Source: an uncultured Bacteroidales bacterium | GTDB taxonomy: Bacteria > Bacteroidota > Bacteroidia > Bacteroidales > CAYVNP01 | Length of the DNA stretch: 64,000 bases | Assembly (NCBI GenBank): GCA_964452905.1 | Contig: CAYVNP010000006.1 | Coordinates: 1,004-65,003 of the forward strand | Direction: 5' to 3' | Translations under genes and position numbers: made by a program | The notes under the pieces: model-generated | Databases searched by the model: none | Seen by the model: the letters and a program-made list of their open reading frames with translations, nothing else | What the model was told of the DNA's origin: nothing | In this document: piece by piece, positions 20,518 to 29,834 of the stretch | Numbering within the stretch: position 1 is the stretch's first letter | Layout: every line of letters begins with the position of its first letter

Positions 20518-22896
20518 CTAAAATTTATAACTTATTCCAAATTGAAAATTTCTCGGATTGCCTGGAGTGAAACAAATATCATTCACAGGTTGATTTTCTC
20601 CTTTTAATTTTGTTAAAGTTTCAAACTGAGCTTCATTCCAGTTGATATTAAAAATATTTTCACAATAAAATGAGAATAGAATTTTTTTTAACTGATAAGA
20701 AATGTTGGCATTAAAAATGGTATAGCCAGGTGCGGTAAGCGTATAATCCTCATCACCCGGGCGATTGCCAACATGCCTGAATCGAAATGCTCCACTAAAA
20801 CCTTTTTTGGGTAAAACACTTAAACCACCTGAAGCAACAACAACTGGGGCTAAAGGAACATGGTTATGACCTTTTGAGAGATTCTTTATTGTAGCATTTG
20901 CATAAGAAACATCTGCATCAAACCATAACCATGAAAGGAAAGGATAACGAAATTCGGCATCAATACCAAGTCGTTGAGTAGGATTGCTGAGTTCTGTTGT
21001 TCCTCCATCACCTGCATAAACATATTCTTTTTCTAAATATAAATACCAGACTGCAAGATTTACATGCAACTTTTTAAAAAGTTTTGTTTGTAGTCCCAAT
21101 TCCCCTGCTGTTGCTTTGGGTAATGTTGAAACACCATTCATCCCTGAATCAAAATTATACTGCTGAAGTTTAGTATTTATCTGGTTTTCATTCAGACCAT
21201 CTTGTTTCCAGTTAGATGTAAGATTACTGATCGTTTGTCCAATAATTATATCACGAGCATCATTGGAATGGAAGCCCTGACCAAAGTTCAAGTAAACTTC
21301 TATCTTTCGATTTGGTGAAAAAATAAAATTAATTTTCGGACTGAAAACAGATTTACTTGCCGTCCCTGAAGTATGAGGTAAACCGTTATTAGTAGTATCC
21401 AATGCATTACTTACATTATCATTTTTAGAAAATGTAAAATAATCATGACGAAGACCCCAAACAATTTTAAATTTCCGACTTAAAATATATTTCTGTTCTG
21501 CCCAGGCAAATAAATTTCGAATATCCACATCATCATTTGTAAATACATTCATTCGAACACGATTGGGACTATGCCATAATTGAACTGCAATATCATCTCC
21601 CCGATAACCGCAGCTAATTTTATTAAAACTCTTCAATCCAAAAAGATTTGCAGATAATTTATAGGTTGCATTTAATCCGCTGATGGTGCGATGTTCAGTT
21701 TGTTCAATCATATCACCGTGAATACTATCAAAAAGCAAATAGGTAAAATTGGAAAACAATTTAAAATTATAATTTGACATAAAAGCATGTACTTCAAATT
21801 CATTTCCTTCGGTTGAAAGAAAATTGTATGAAAGATTTATATTTTCTCTATTCGTATTACCGCCTTCATTGTGATCTAATGCACCAAACCGACTGATTAA
21901 ACCTTGCTTCACAGCCCGTTCAGGTATTTGTCCGGATGCATTCCATCCTGTGTTAAAACCACTAAAAGAAAAAGTTAGTTTACTATTATGAGTAAGTTGA
22001 AAAAAATATTTCCCAAATACATTCATTCGTTGAAAACCTTCCTGTGTTTTATAAGGACCATCGGTATGAAAATATTGAGCAGCCAAATAACCGTTTTGTT
22101 CCTTTCCTCCTTTATTAGGTTGAAGCAGAAGCGTATATTTCTGCGTATTAAACTGACCTGCTTCTAATTTGAAAAGATTATGATCCAAAACATCTTTTGT
22201 TTTAAATGATACTGCGCCGGCTGTATAAAAATCACCATATTTTGCCAGATAAGGACCTTTATTCACTTCCATCTCATCGACAGTTTCGGCAATGAGAAAA
22301 TGCAGATCTGCATACCCCTGACCATGCGCATGTGTGGGCATATTAACCGGCATCTCATCAACATTCACAGAAACATCGGTGCCATGATCACAATCAAACC
22401 CTCTAAGAAAAATCTGTTCTGCTTTACCTCCTCCCTGATGTTGTGCAATAAACAATCCAGGTACCATCAATAACATATCCTGAGACGAACGGATCGGTTT
22501 TAATTGCATATCAATTGCTCTAATCTCTTTGGATGATGCGGCAGAAAAGGAGTTTGTTGTTTCAATGGTCAGTTCATTCAGGTCAATAACAGATTCTAAC
22601 ATTTTAAAATGTATCGTATCGGTGACATTTTCTTTCACTATAATTGAAACATTCATTGTCTTATAACCAATCTGTGAACAGATTAATTCATAATTACCTA
22701 TTTGAATATTTTTTATTTCATAAATCCCTGAAATATCTGAAACTGTTCTTATTAATGTTCCTTTAATTTGAATAATAGCCCCTATGATTGGTGCACCATC
22801 TTTTACATCTGAAACTCTACCAGTTATTGTCCCTGCATTATGGGCGTAAATAAAGAAAGGAAAAATATAACTAATTAAAAAAAATAAATTTCTCAT
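20518..22896 (-). CDS. TonB-dependent receptor with CarboxypepD_reg N-terminal domain
   Basis: Signal peptide, GTITGRVSD...IIGAIIQIKG regulatory-like domain, plug (FLRGFDCDHGTD), 22-strand-sized barrel, terminal aromatic residue (YKF). Confidence 0.85.
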   Translation of the reverse strand: MRNLFFLISYIFPFFIYAHNAGTITGRVSDVKDGAPIIGAIIQIKGTLIRTVSDISGIYEIKNIQIGNYELICSQIGYKTMNVSIIVKENVTDTIHFKMLESVIDLNELTIETTNSFSAASSKEIRAIDMQLKPIRSSQDMLLMVPGLFIAQHQGGGKAEQIFLRGFDCDHGTDVSVNVDEMPVNMPTHAHGQGYADLHFLIAETVDEMEVNKGPYLAKYGDFYTAGAVSFKTKDVLDHNLFKLEAGQFNTQKYTLLLQPNKGGKEQNGYLAAQYFHTDGPYKTQEGFQRMNVFGKYFFQLTHNSKLTFSFSGFNTGWNASGQIPERAVKQGLISRFGALDHNEGGNTNRENINLSYNFLSTEGNEFEVHAFMSNYNFKLFSNFTYLLFDSIHGDMIEQTEHRTISGLNATYKLSANLFGLKSFNKISCGYRGDDIAVQLWHSPNRVRMNVFTNDDVDIRNLFAWAEQKYILSRKFKIVWGLRHDYFTFSKNDNVSNALDTTNNGLPHTSGTASKSVFSPKINFIFSPNRKIEVYLNFGQGFHSNDARDIIIGQTISNLTSNWKQDGLNENQINTKLQQYNFDSGMNGVSTLPKATAGELGLQTKLFKKLHVNLAVWYLYLEKEYVYAGDGGTTELSNPTQRLGIDAEFRYPFLSWLWFDADVSYANATIKNLSKGHNHVPLAPVVVASGGLSVLPKKGFSGAFRFRHVGNRPGDEDYTLTAPGYTIFNANISYQLKKILFSFYCENIFNINWNEAQFETLTKLKGENQPVNDICFTPGNPRNFQFGISYKF

Positions 22897-22946
22897 ATTG
22901 ATAATATTACGTTTTTTATATTCGTGTTACTTTATGATTAAAAAAA

Positions 22947-23348
22947 TTATTCGATATCAGTCATCACCAATTTACCGTGTTTTATTCCTTTGGTCGCAAT
23001 AATTTTATCTGCCAGTTTAATCAGTTTTTGCGCATTTCCTTTGACAGCAATTGTTTCAAGGCATAGGTCGTGAGCCAAATGAACATGTTGCGTTGAAAGA
23101 ATAAGATCATGAAAATCATGCTGTACATCCATTAATTTACTGTTCAATTCTCTTTTATGGTGATCATAAACAATCACAATAGCGCCGGCAACAATTTTAT
23201 TTTTATCCCATTTTTCTGCAACAAGCGTATTTTTTATCAGAAAACGAATTGCCTGTGAACGATTGGGAAATTGGTTTTTAAGAACCATTTTATCCAAATC
23301 ATTCAAAGCATTTTCCTCAAGGGACACGCCAAATCTTTTTATATTCAA
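22947..23348 (-). CDS. nikR: Nickel-responsive regulator NikR (RHH plus metal-binding domain)
   Basis: The N-terminal ribbon-helix-helix (RFGVSLEENALNDLD...RSQAIRFLI) and QHVHLAHDLCLE align with E. coli LHVHINHDDCLE. H88, H90, C96 and H77 correspond to E. coli H87, H89, C95 and H76. Confidence 0.85.
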   Translation of the reverse strand: MNIKRFGVSLEENALNDLDKMVLKNQFPNRSQAIRFLIKNTLVAEKWDKNKIVAGAIVIVYDHHKRELNSKLMDVQHDFHDLILSTQHVHLAHDLCLETIAVKGNAQKLIKLADKIIATKGIKHGKLVMTDIE

Positions 23349-23411
23349 GGTGTTATCAAATTAAAATTCGTAGCACAAAAATAAAAAAAAACTAATATAA
23401 AACAAATTAGA

Positions 23412-24212
23412 TCAATTAAATTTTATAAAAAATAGATCCCTCCCATTTTCTTTGGCTATTTGCATTGCCGGTTGGTTTTGCATAATAGAGCCACCCCATT
23501 TGTTAAAATCAAATTCATGTGGTGTTTCAAACCAACTGTCAACGTGCATGATGATTTGAATTTCTTTTGTTTCACCTGATTTTATTGTGAAATAAGAGTT
23601 TAGCAATTTGACTGTAAAGTAGTTTTGAACATAACCTATAATTGAATCCGTATTAAAAGTGTTTCCTTTGTAAAGCTGCCCAATACCTAAATGAAAATCA
23701 AAACTTTGAATGTAATTTACTGTGTCTTTCCATTTTCCATTAAGCATCAGGTAATGATACCCACCCCCGAGTATATCAGGCCAGCTCATATTAACTTCAG
23801 GGGGATTGACAAATATGAATGATTTATTTTTTTCTTTAGTAATGCCTAAAACAAATGTGATTGAATCATAAGTACCTGTGGGGATTTTGTCATATACCTG
23901 CCAAGAGAGTGTTGATGGAATATTGCTATCAACATAATATATATCATTCCATTCATTTATCATTTTGATTGTACCATCGGATTTATAAAATGTTACATCT
24001 GAGATAAAATATTTAATCTCTGTAACAAGATAATGATTACCAGCTTGATTAATATATTTCAATGTATCAAATTGAATAGGCTGACCATTTACCTGATGAG
24101 CAAATGAAAAAATAATTCTACCTGTATGATCATTGGTTGTTTCAGGATTTTTATCTTTTTTACAGGATAAAAACAAAAGCAGAATACAAACAAACTGAAA
24201 ATAATGTTTCAT
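23412..24212 (-). CDS. Lipoprotein, possibly MbnP-like periplasmic metal-binding protein
   Basis: Lipobox LFLSC. The pattern IKYFISDVTFYKSDGT...GTYDSITFVLGI...FDFHLG resembles my recollection of the MbnP family. Its start codon directly abuts the stop of the upstream receptor gene. Confidence 0.5.
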   Translation of the reverse strand: MKHYFQFVCILLLFLSCKKDKNPETTNDHTGRIIFSFAHQVNGQPIQFDTLKYINQAGNHYLVTEIKYFISDVTFYKSDGTIKMINEWNDIYYVDSNIPSTLSWQVYDKIPTGTYDSITFVLGITKEKNKSFIFVNPPEVNMSWPDILGGGYHYLMLNGKWKDTVNYIQSFDFHLGIGQLYKGNTFNTDSIIGYVQNYFTVKLLNSYFTIKSGETKEIQIIMHVDSWFETPHEFDFNKWGGSIMQNQPAMQIAKENGRDLFFIKFN

Positions 24213-26318
24213 TTATAAATTTACTTCAACATTAATAAAAAAAACTCTTCCCGGTTCATACAATTTTGTTGTACTTCCAATTATTTTCCTGTTAAGATGT
24301 TCGTAATATGGGTGATTAAGCATATTATCAATACCGACAGAAATAGTTGCAAAGGAATATAATTTATATGATAATGCAACATTCAATAAAGCAAATCCCG
24401 ATGAGCTTGGTTCATAAAATGCATTGGATGTTCTTTTTTGTGGTGCAACAACTCTACATATTAACTTTGGTGTAAATTTATTTTTCAACATCTTATAATA
24501 AATAGACAGAGTTGTTTCAAAAGGAGGTATTTCCGGCAAAGGATCGTTTTTAATTATTTCATCTCCGGTAACATTACCTCCTTGAACTATATATTTTGTT
24601 GTAGATGGGATTGTCGCTTGTGTAAAAGCAGCAATTATTGTTCCACCCCATTTAAATCTTTCGGGCGAAGAATATCCACATTCAAACCCTTGCAGATTAA
24701 CTGCATCAACATTAACAAATTGTTTAACACCCAATGCACCCTGTGTTTTTGGTGTTGCAACTGATGGTGGCAATTTCTGACCCGTAATATAATTGGTAAC
24801 ATACGAATAGAAACCATTTACATAAATTGAGCCGTATTTAGTATTTGCATATTCAATTGTTAAATCCACTTGATGGTTTGCTTCAGGTTTCAGTTGTGGA
24901 TTGCCCAAATAATCATAATTGTCATATCCTACTGCTAAAAATTTAATATATCGTTCAAGCATGTTAGCATTTCTGACACCTCGACCAGCAGCTAATCCAA
25001 CTGTAATGTATTTGGTTATCTTTTTATTTAAACCTATACTGAAATTATTAAACTGAGAAGAATTCTTTTTAAAATATTCAATATCGCTTTTTACTAATTG
25101 AAGCGTATCATCAGATGAAGCAATATTGTGATCAGCTCTAATTGATGCAGTGAAATCTATTGACTTGAATTTAGTTTTATATTCAGCAAAAAGTCCGGTA
25201 TTTTGTATAAAGGCATCATTCCATAAATTTGAAATTTTTGTTGATTTAGTTGTAATACCGCCCATAGTCATTATCATGGTTGTTGTTTTCCCACCATTTT
25301 TTTCAATCTGTTCGTAGTCAGCACCAATATTGAAAATATGCTTGCCAACATTCAAACCTATTTCTGCTCTTCCTCCACTATTTAATGCATCAACAACTGA
25401 AACGGCTTGCATCGTATTATAATTAGACCTTCTACTATTGTCCATTACATGATCTACATCTGAACGGTAAATTTTTAAATCTACAAAATTAATGATCTTT
25501 GATATTTTCTGTCCGTGATAATCAACAGACATGATTTTTGTATCATCACTTTTTTCATCCATAGGCAGAGACGGATAAGATACGTCACGACCATGTGTTT
25601 CATAATAGGAAAATAAAATAGAATGATTTTCTTTTAAGCATATTCCCAAATCACCATTATAGTTATATTTCATGAATGAAGAATTGATGGTATTTTCATT
25701 CCCATCTTTGTAACTGCCGTAGTTTTTATATCCACCGGCAACATTAAAGTAAATATTTTTATTTCCGCCAAAAACCGATACTCGTTCACGTTGACCGTTC
25801 CAGTTAGATTCAAAACCATATAATGCTTTCGTGTGAACTGAAAATTTGTTATAAAATATTGGCTGTTTAGTTACTAGATTAATAACACCTCCCATCGATG
25901 AACCATATTTTAATGAATAGGGACCTTTGATGATTTCTATTTTTTCAATGTCTTCAACTTCTACATGAGATGTAACAGGATCCATGCGGTTAGGGCAACC
26001 GCCTTCAACCTTAACACCATTATTTAAAATCACATTCAACTGGCTATAGCGAAATCCTCTTACCACCGGGTCAATCCCTGCACCTCCTTTACGAACACCT
26101 GAAACATTAGGCGTACTACGAAGTAAATCTCCAATATCGCGAATATTCTTAATACTTAGCAGGCTGTCGCTTATAGTTGCAATGATGTATGGAATGGGCT
26201 TATTTGCTTGTATTAGCACAGTGTTTAATACACGAATCGAATCTCTTTTAATTTGTGCTTCAATAAGTAATTGGGTGCAAAAAAACAATATAAAAAGAAA
26301 TATGTATTGCTTATTCAT
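24213..26318 (-). CDS. TonB-dependent receptor, OprC/NosA-like (copper-type binding site)
   Basis: GGCPNRMDP (C108-x3-M112) and DHVMD (H290-x-M292) reproduce the CxxxM-HxM copper site of P. aeruginosa OprC. The Cys-to-His spacing is nearly identical (182 vs 180 residues). An LPMDE motif is also present. Confidence 0.8.
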   Translation of the reverse strand: MNKQYIFLFILFFCTQLLIEAQIKRDSIRVLNTVLIQANKPIPYIIATISDSLLSIKNIRDIGDLLRSTPNVSGVRKGGAGIDPVVRGFRYSQLNVILNNGVKVEGGCPNRMDPVTSHVEVEDIEKIEIIKGPYSLKYGSSMGGVINLVTKQPIFYNKFSVHTKALYGFESNWNGQRERVSVFGGNKNIYFNVAGGYKNYGSYKDGNENTINSSFMKYNYNGDLGICLKENHSILFSYYETHGRDVSYPSLPMDEKSDDTKIMSVDYHGQKISKIINFVDLKIYRSDVDHVMDNSRRSNYNTMQAVSVVDALNSGGRAEIGLNVGKHIFNIGADYEQIEKNGGKTTTMIMTMGGITTKSTKISNLWNDAFIQNTGLFAEYKTKFKSIDFTASIRADHNIASSDDTLQLVKSDIEYFKKNSSQFNNFSIGLNKKITKYITVGLAAGRGVRNANMLERYIKFLAVGYDNYDYLGNPQLKPEANHQVDLTIEYANTKYGSIYVNGFYSYVTNYITGQKLPPSVATPKTQGALGVKQFVNVDAVNLQGFECGYSSPERFKWGGTIIAAFTQATIPSTTKYIVQGGNVTGDEIIKNDPLPEIPPFETTLSIYYKMLKNKFTPKLICRVVAPQKRTSNAFYEPSSSGFALLNVALSYKLYSFATISVGIDNMLNHPYYEHLNRKIIGSTTKLYEPGRVFFINVEVNL

Positions 26319-26337
26319 ACAATAAAATTATTACTAT

Positions 26338-26357
26338 AACAAATATATCAAAAATCA
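26338..26357 (-). promoter_or_regulatory. Promoter with shared 20-mer (contains the TATATTTG -7 box) upstream of the OprC-like receptor
   Basis: aacaaatatatcaaaaatca is identical to 29815-29834. The reverse complement reads TGATTTTTGATATATTTGTT, and the -7 box ends about 22 nt from the ATG. Confidence 0.5.
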
Positions 26358-26401
26358 ACAGCAGTAGTTATTCCAAGTATTAACCTAATAAAAAAACATT
26401 C

Positions 26402-26689
26402 CTAATTGACTCTTTTAAAAACCAGTTTTGTTTTATCAACCCAATACATAGCATTCACATCACACGCAATAACACAAAGCCCACAAGCATCACATTTTTT
26501 GTATGAGAATACATAGTGTGCCGGATTACAAGGCACCTTCATGGAAATACAGTATTTAATACATTTAGCGCAAGTATTATTTGTGGCATTCTTTATTGCT
26601 CCTGTCGGGCAGGCTATCATGCACTTATCACATCTAATACATTTTGATGAATCTATGACAGGTATATTTTTTAGAGAAGTTTTATTCAT
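26402..26689 (-). CDS. Small poly-ferredoxin-like 4Fe-4S protein
   Basis: 95 aa with two CxxCxxCxxxC motifs (CIRCDKCMIACP, CDACGLCVIACD) plus an extra CAKCIKYC...C run. No signal peptide. Confidence 0.75.
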   Translation of the reverse strand: MNKTSLKNIPVIDSSKCIRCDKCMIACPTGAIKNATNNTCAKCIKYCISMKVPCNPAHYVFSYKKCDACGLCVIACDVNAMYWVDKTKLVFKRVN

Positions 26690-26721
26690 TTGTAATATTT
26701 AGCAAAATTGTTTGATGTATT

Positions 26722-28962
26722 TCATTTAATAAAATTTAATCCGAATGGTACTTTCAATCTTAAAGAAATGTTTCTGCCGGGATTGTACAAATTTACTTCT
26801 TTTAATGTTGATAGATGATCAACATATTTTTTGTCAAGGATATTATTTGCACCAATTGCTATTGATACAAATTGTTTTCTAAATTTAATATTACCGCCAA
26901 TACAAAAATCTAACAATGTGTACCCAGCAGTAGTTGTTTCATCTGGAGCAGCATGATTTTGGTCAAAAGCTGTATTTGTATTTACAGAGAAATAAACTTT
27001 TTGCAGAAATAATAATTTTTCTTTTTCGGCTCGAAATTCAAACTTTAATTTATTAGCAGGAACAAATGGTAAAAAATCACCGTTTTGTTGTTTGCCTTTA
27101 ACCATAGAAAATGTACTTTCAAAATGCAACCATTTTAAATAGTTGGGATGAAAATGAATGCCGGCTTCACCACCAAATAAAACAGCATTTGTTTGTTTAT
27201 ATTTGTAAATATTAATGCCAGAAGAAGTCGCATCATCTGTTGGTGAAATAAATATGTAATGATTGATAATATTGTAAAATCCTGCAACATCAAAAGTGAA
27301 ATTATCTATATGATAATGTGTACTAAAATCAATCTCGTATGAGTTTTCAGATGTCAGGTTTCTGTCACCAACTTCATAACGCGTTTCGTGTTGTCCATTT
27401 GAAGTAAGCTCTGCCAAATTTGGCGTACGATAAGCAGAAGCAACGTTTGTTCTAAATAACAATTTTTCCGAAATATTGTATGTTGTTCCAATTGATCCGC
27501 TGAAACTTCCATAATTCTTTTCAAGCGGAACATGAAATCCTGAATCCTGAGGCAAGCCAATAGCCTTAGTTGAAATAGTTTTATTATCATAGCGAATACC
27601 TGTCTGTAATTTTAGTTTTTTGAAAAAAGCATGTTGTAATAAAGCAAATGCAGAATAATTATTTATAGCGGCATCCGGTAATATTTTGGTTGTTCTGTCA
27701 TTCATATTTGTATTCATTTGATTTAAACCCTGAAAACCGACAATGTATTCTGAATTTTTATTTGATGGCAAATGAAGTCGTGCTTCATAAGTGAGTGTCA
27801 CGAGCTTCATTTGTATTTCAGTAACATTAATTTCGCCAAAATGAATTAATTCGGTATTTTGATAAGCTGAATTCAGATCGAGTTTAAATTTACCGAGATA
27901 TAGTTTATTTTGTGAAGACAACAGATGAGTGTTTAATTGCTGGTACCAGATTTTATTTTCTCTTGCTCTTTTAGTAATTTCTTTAATAGCTTGATCTTCG
28001 ACTAAGCCAAGTTTTTGATTATTGAAATCATAAAACAGTTTGAATGTACCAACTTTCCCGGTGTAACCTGCATTTGCCTTTAGAGAATATTCATTAAAAC
28101 GCGAGTTGGGAACAAAAGCACCGCCACCTTGCAGAAAATCGGCATTTGTTTTTTGACCAATTCTAATTCCGCCAAAGAATTTTTTCGATGCTCCTTTAAT
28201 TCCTATATTATTGGTCATTCCGAGTGTACTTGAAAAAAGTTGCAAATTGTAATCACCTATAATACTACCAACAGGCGCGGGTTTTTCTTTAATAAAATTA
28301 ATAACCCCACCTATTGCATCGGATCCATAGAGCAATGAAGCCGGCCCTTTGATAATTTCAATATCTGCTATTCCAAATTCATCAATGCCGAGAGGATGAT
28401 GACTGGAATACTGATAATTTTCAAACCGCACACCATTATTCAGAATTAAAATGTCATTCATTGAAAGACCACGAATTACCGGTTTTGAAACGCCACTTCC
28501 TTTTGAGATCATATCTACACCAGGCACTTTGGTTAACACTTCAGCAAAATTAGGTGTGTTAAGAGTTGTGAGAGAATTCAATTTTAAAACATCAATTTTT
28601 ACAGCATTATCATGCTGTGTTGAATTAAATCCACTTGTAACAACAACCGCTTCCAGTTCAATAGTTAATCGTTTCATAATAATATTTAATTCTACAGTGC
28701 CGCCATTCAGTACAACGGGTTCAATTAGGTTAGTACGTTCTATAAATGAAAATTGAATCTTAAATTTTCCATCAGGCAGATTCGATAATTCATATTTTCC
28801 ATTTGTATCTGATACTGTACTTTTATTCATTTCCAAAAGGAATACATTTGCCCCAGCCAATGGTACATTATTCTGATCTGTGATTTTACCTGTGATTTTA
28901 TTTTGTGATTTTACGTTATGACATAAAAATATCATAACGCATATAATAAATATATTTTTCAT
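26722..28962 (-). CDS. TonB-dependent receptor with CarboxypepD_reg N-terminal domain
   Basis: Signal peptide, ITGKITDQNNVPLAGANVFL domain, plug (VIRGLSMNDILILNNGVR), barrel. I place the start at the ATG at 28960-28962; the track start is a TTG. Confidence 0.85.
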   Translation of the reverse strand: MKNIFIICVMIFLCHNVKSQNKITGKITDQNNVPLAGANVFLLEMNKSTVSDTNGKYELSNLPDGKFKIQFSFIERTNLIEPVVLNGGTVELNIIMKRLTIELEAVVVTSGFNSTQHDNAVKIDVLKLNSLTTLNTPNFAEVLTKVPGVDMISKGSGVSKPVIRGLSMNDILILNNGVRFENYQYSSHHPLGIDEFGIADIEIIKGPASLLYGSDAIGGVINFIKEKPAPVGSIIGDYNLQLFSSTLGMTNNIGIKGASKKFFGGIRIGQKTNADFLQGGGAFVPNSRFNEYSLKANAGYTGKVGTFKLFYDFNNQKLGLVEDQAIKEITKRARENKIWYQQLNTHLLSSQNKLYLGKFKLDLNSAYQNTELIHFGEINVTEIQMKLVTLTYEARLHLPSNKNSEYIVGFQGLNQMNTNMNDRTTKILPDAAINNYSAFALLQHAFFKKLKLQTGIRYDNKTISTKAIGLPQDSGFHVPLEKNYGSFSGSIGTTYNISEKLLFRTNVASAYRTPNLAELTSNGQHETRYEVGDRNLTSENSYEIDFSTHYHIDNFTFDVAGFYNIINHYIFISPTDDATSSGINIYKYKQTNAVLFGGEAGIHFHPNYLKWLHFESTFSMVKGKQQNGDFLPFVPANKLKFEFRAEKEKLLFLQKVYFSVNTNTAFDQNHAAPDETTTAGYTLLDFCIGGNIKFRKQFVSIAIGANNILDKKYVDHLSTLKEVNLYNPGRNISLRLKVPFGLNFIK

Positions 28963-29029
28963 TTTAAACGCTGTATTCAATAAACAAATTTTTAGTTAGT
29001 ACCCCGAAGGATGCTATAATGCAATTTGT

Positions 29030-29335
29030 TTACAATGGAGGTGCTCTTAATAAAAATGAATATTTTGAAAGAATGGAAGAGGAACTAAAACGATAATTAT
29101 TGCAGTATTGATCTGATGGTTGTTCGTTTTCAAGATTGACATTTTTAATTTCTGATGAAAAAAATGAAAAATCAAAAATACAGATTTCACATTTCTCGTG
29201 ATAGTTGTGATAATGTTTCTCGTTTTTCGCTTTGCAAATAAAATGTTTGTGATGATGTTCCATCTTAACTATTGAAGGTGCAAGAAAAACAAACACCAAC
29301 AATATATATGTAATATGATTAAGCTTTTTTATCAT
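29030..29335 (-). CDS. Small membrane-anchored His/Cys-rich protein (HYC_CC_PP-like?)
   Basis: N-terminal TM helix, then MEHHHKHFICKAKNEKHYHNYHEKCEIC (8 His and 3 Cys in 28 aa). It ends ...LLRAPPL. The family name is recalled, not verified. Confidence 0.5.
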   Translation of the reverse strand: MIKKLNHITYILLVFVFLAPSIVKMEHHHKHFICKAKNEKHYHNYHEKCEICIFDFSFFSSEIKNVNLENEQPSDQYCNNYRFSSSSILSKYSFLLRAPPL

Positions 29336-29352
29336 TTAATTAAAATGAGTGT

Positions 29353-29772
29353 TTAAAAAGTCAACACAATTTTATTATTTCTGATTAATTCATACAAATC
29401 TTTTAATGATGAGAATTTACAAATCTGTGGTTCATTATTCTTTCGACTTTGTAAACATGTACCGCAACCAAGTATAACACCACCACTATGTAAAAACTCA
29501 TCAGCTTGTTCTTTTATATTTTTATTTTTTTTTACAATGTTATCGAGTTCAATACCTTTTCCAAGAAGAAAAATACGTACGGTGTCACCTTCTTTTTGGG
29601 AATAATTAGCAAATCGTAATGCATTCCAGATTGTTTCAACATCATTGGAATAGATTACAATCCCAATGCTTGTTGCTTTAGTAGTTTTGGTAGCTGTTCC
29701 GCCACACTGCGCATAAATATTGAGAAAAGATATGCTCCACAGGATTGTCAGAAAAATAAATATTTTTTTCAT
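29353..29772 (-). CDS. Exported DsrE/DsrF-like protein
   Basis: Start placed at MKKIFIF (29770-29772). Signal peptide ending ...YAQC, then a DsrE-like alpha/beta core (IGIVIYSND...VRIFLLGKGI...GGVILGCGTCLQSR). Confidence 0.7.
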   Translation of the reverse strand: MKKIFIFLTILWSISFLNIYAQCGGTATKTTKATSIGIVIYSNDVETIWNALRFANYSQKEGDTVRIFLLGKGIELDNIVKKNKNIKEQADEFLHSGGVILGCGTCLQSRKNNEPQICKFSSLKDLYELIRNNKIVLTF

Positions 29773-29814
29773 TTTAATTCTAATTTTAAAAATTAATAAT
29801 GATTCTATTTGAAA

Positions 29815-29834
29815 AACAAATATATCAAAAATCA
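29815..29834 (-). promoter_or_regulatory. Promoter with shared 20-mer (TATATTTG -7 box) upstream of the DsrE-like gene
   Basis: Identical 20-mer to 26338-26357. The -7 box at 29817-29824 lies 45 nt upstream of the ATG at 29772. Confidence 0.5.

Noticed and set aside
22897-22946. Search for a classical NikR operator (GTATGA-n16-TCATAC or TATWATT-n11-AATWATA) upstream of the island's receptor genes
   Set aside because: I found no convincing match by eye at 22897-22946, 26319-26401 or 29773-29860. Only the shared 20-mer (reported separately) stands out.
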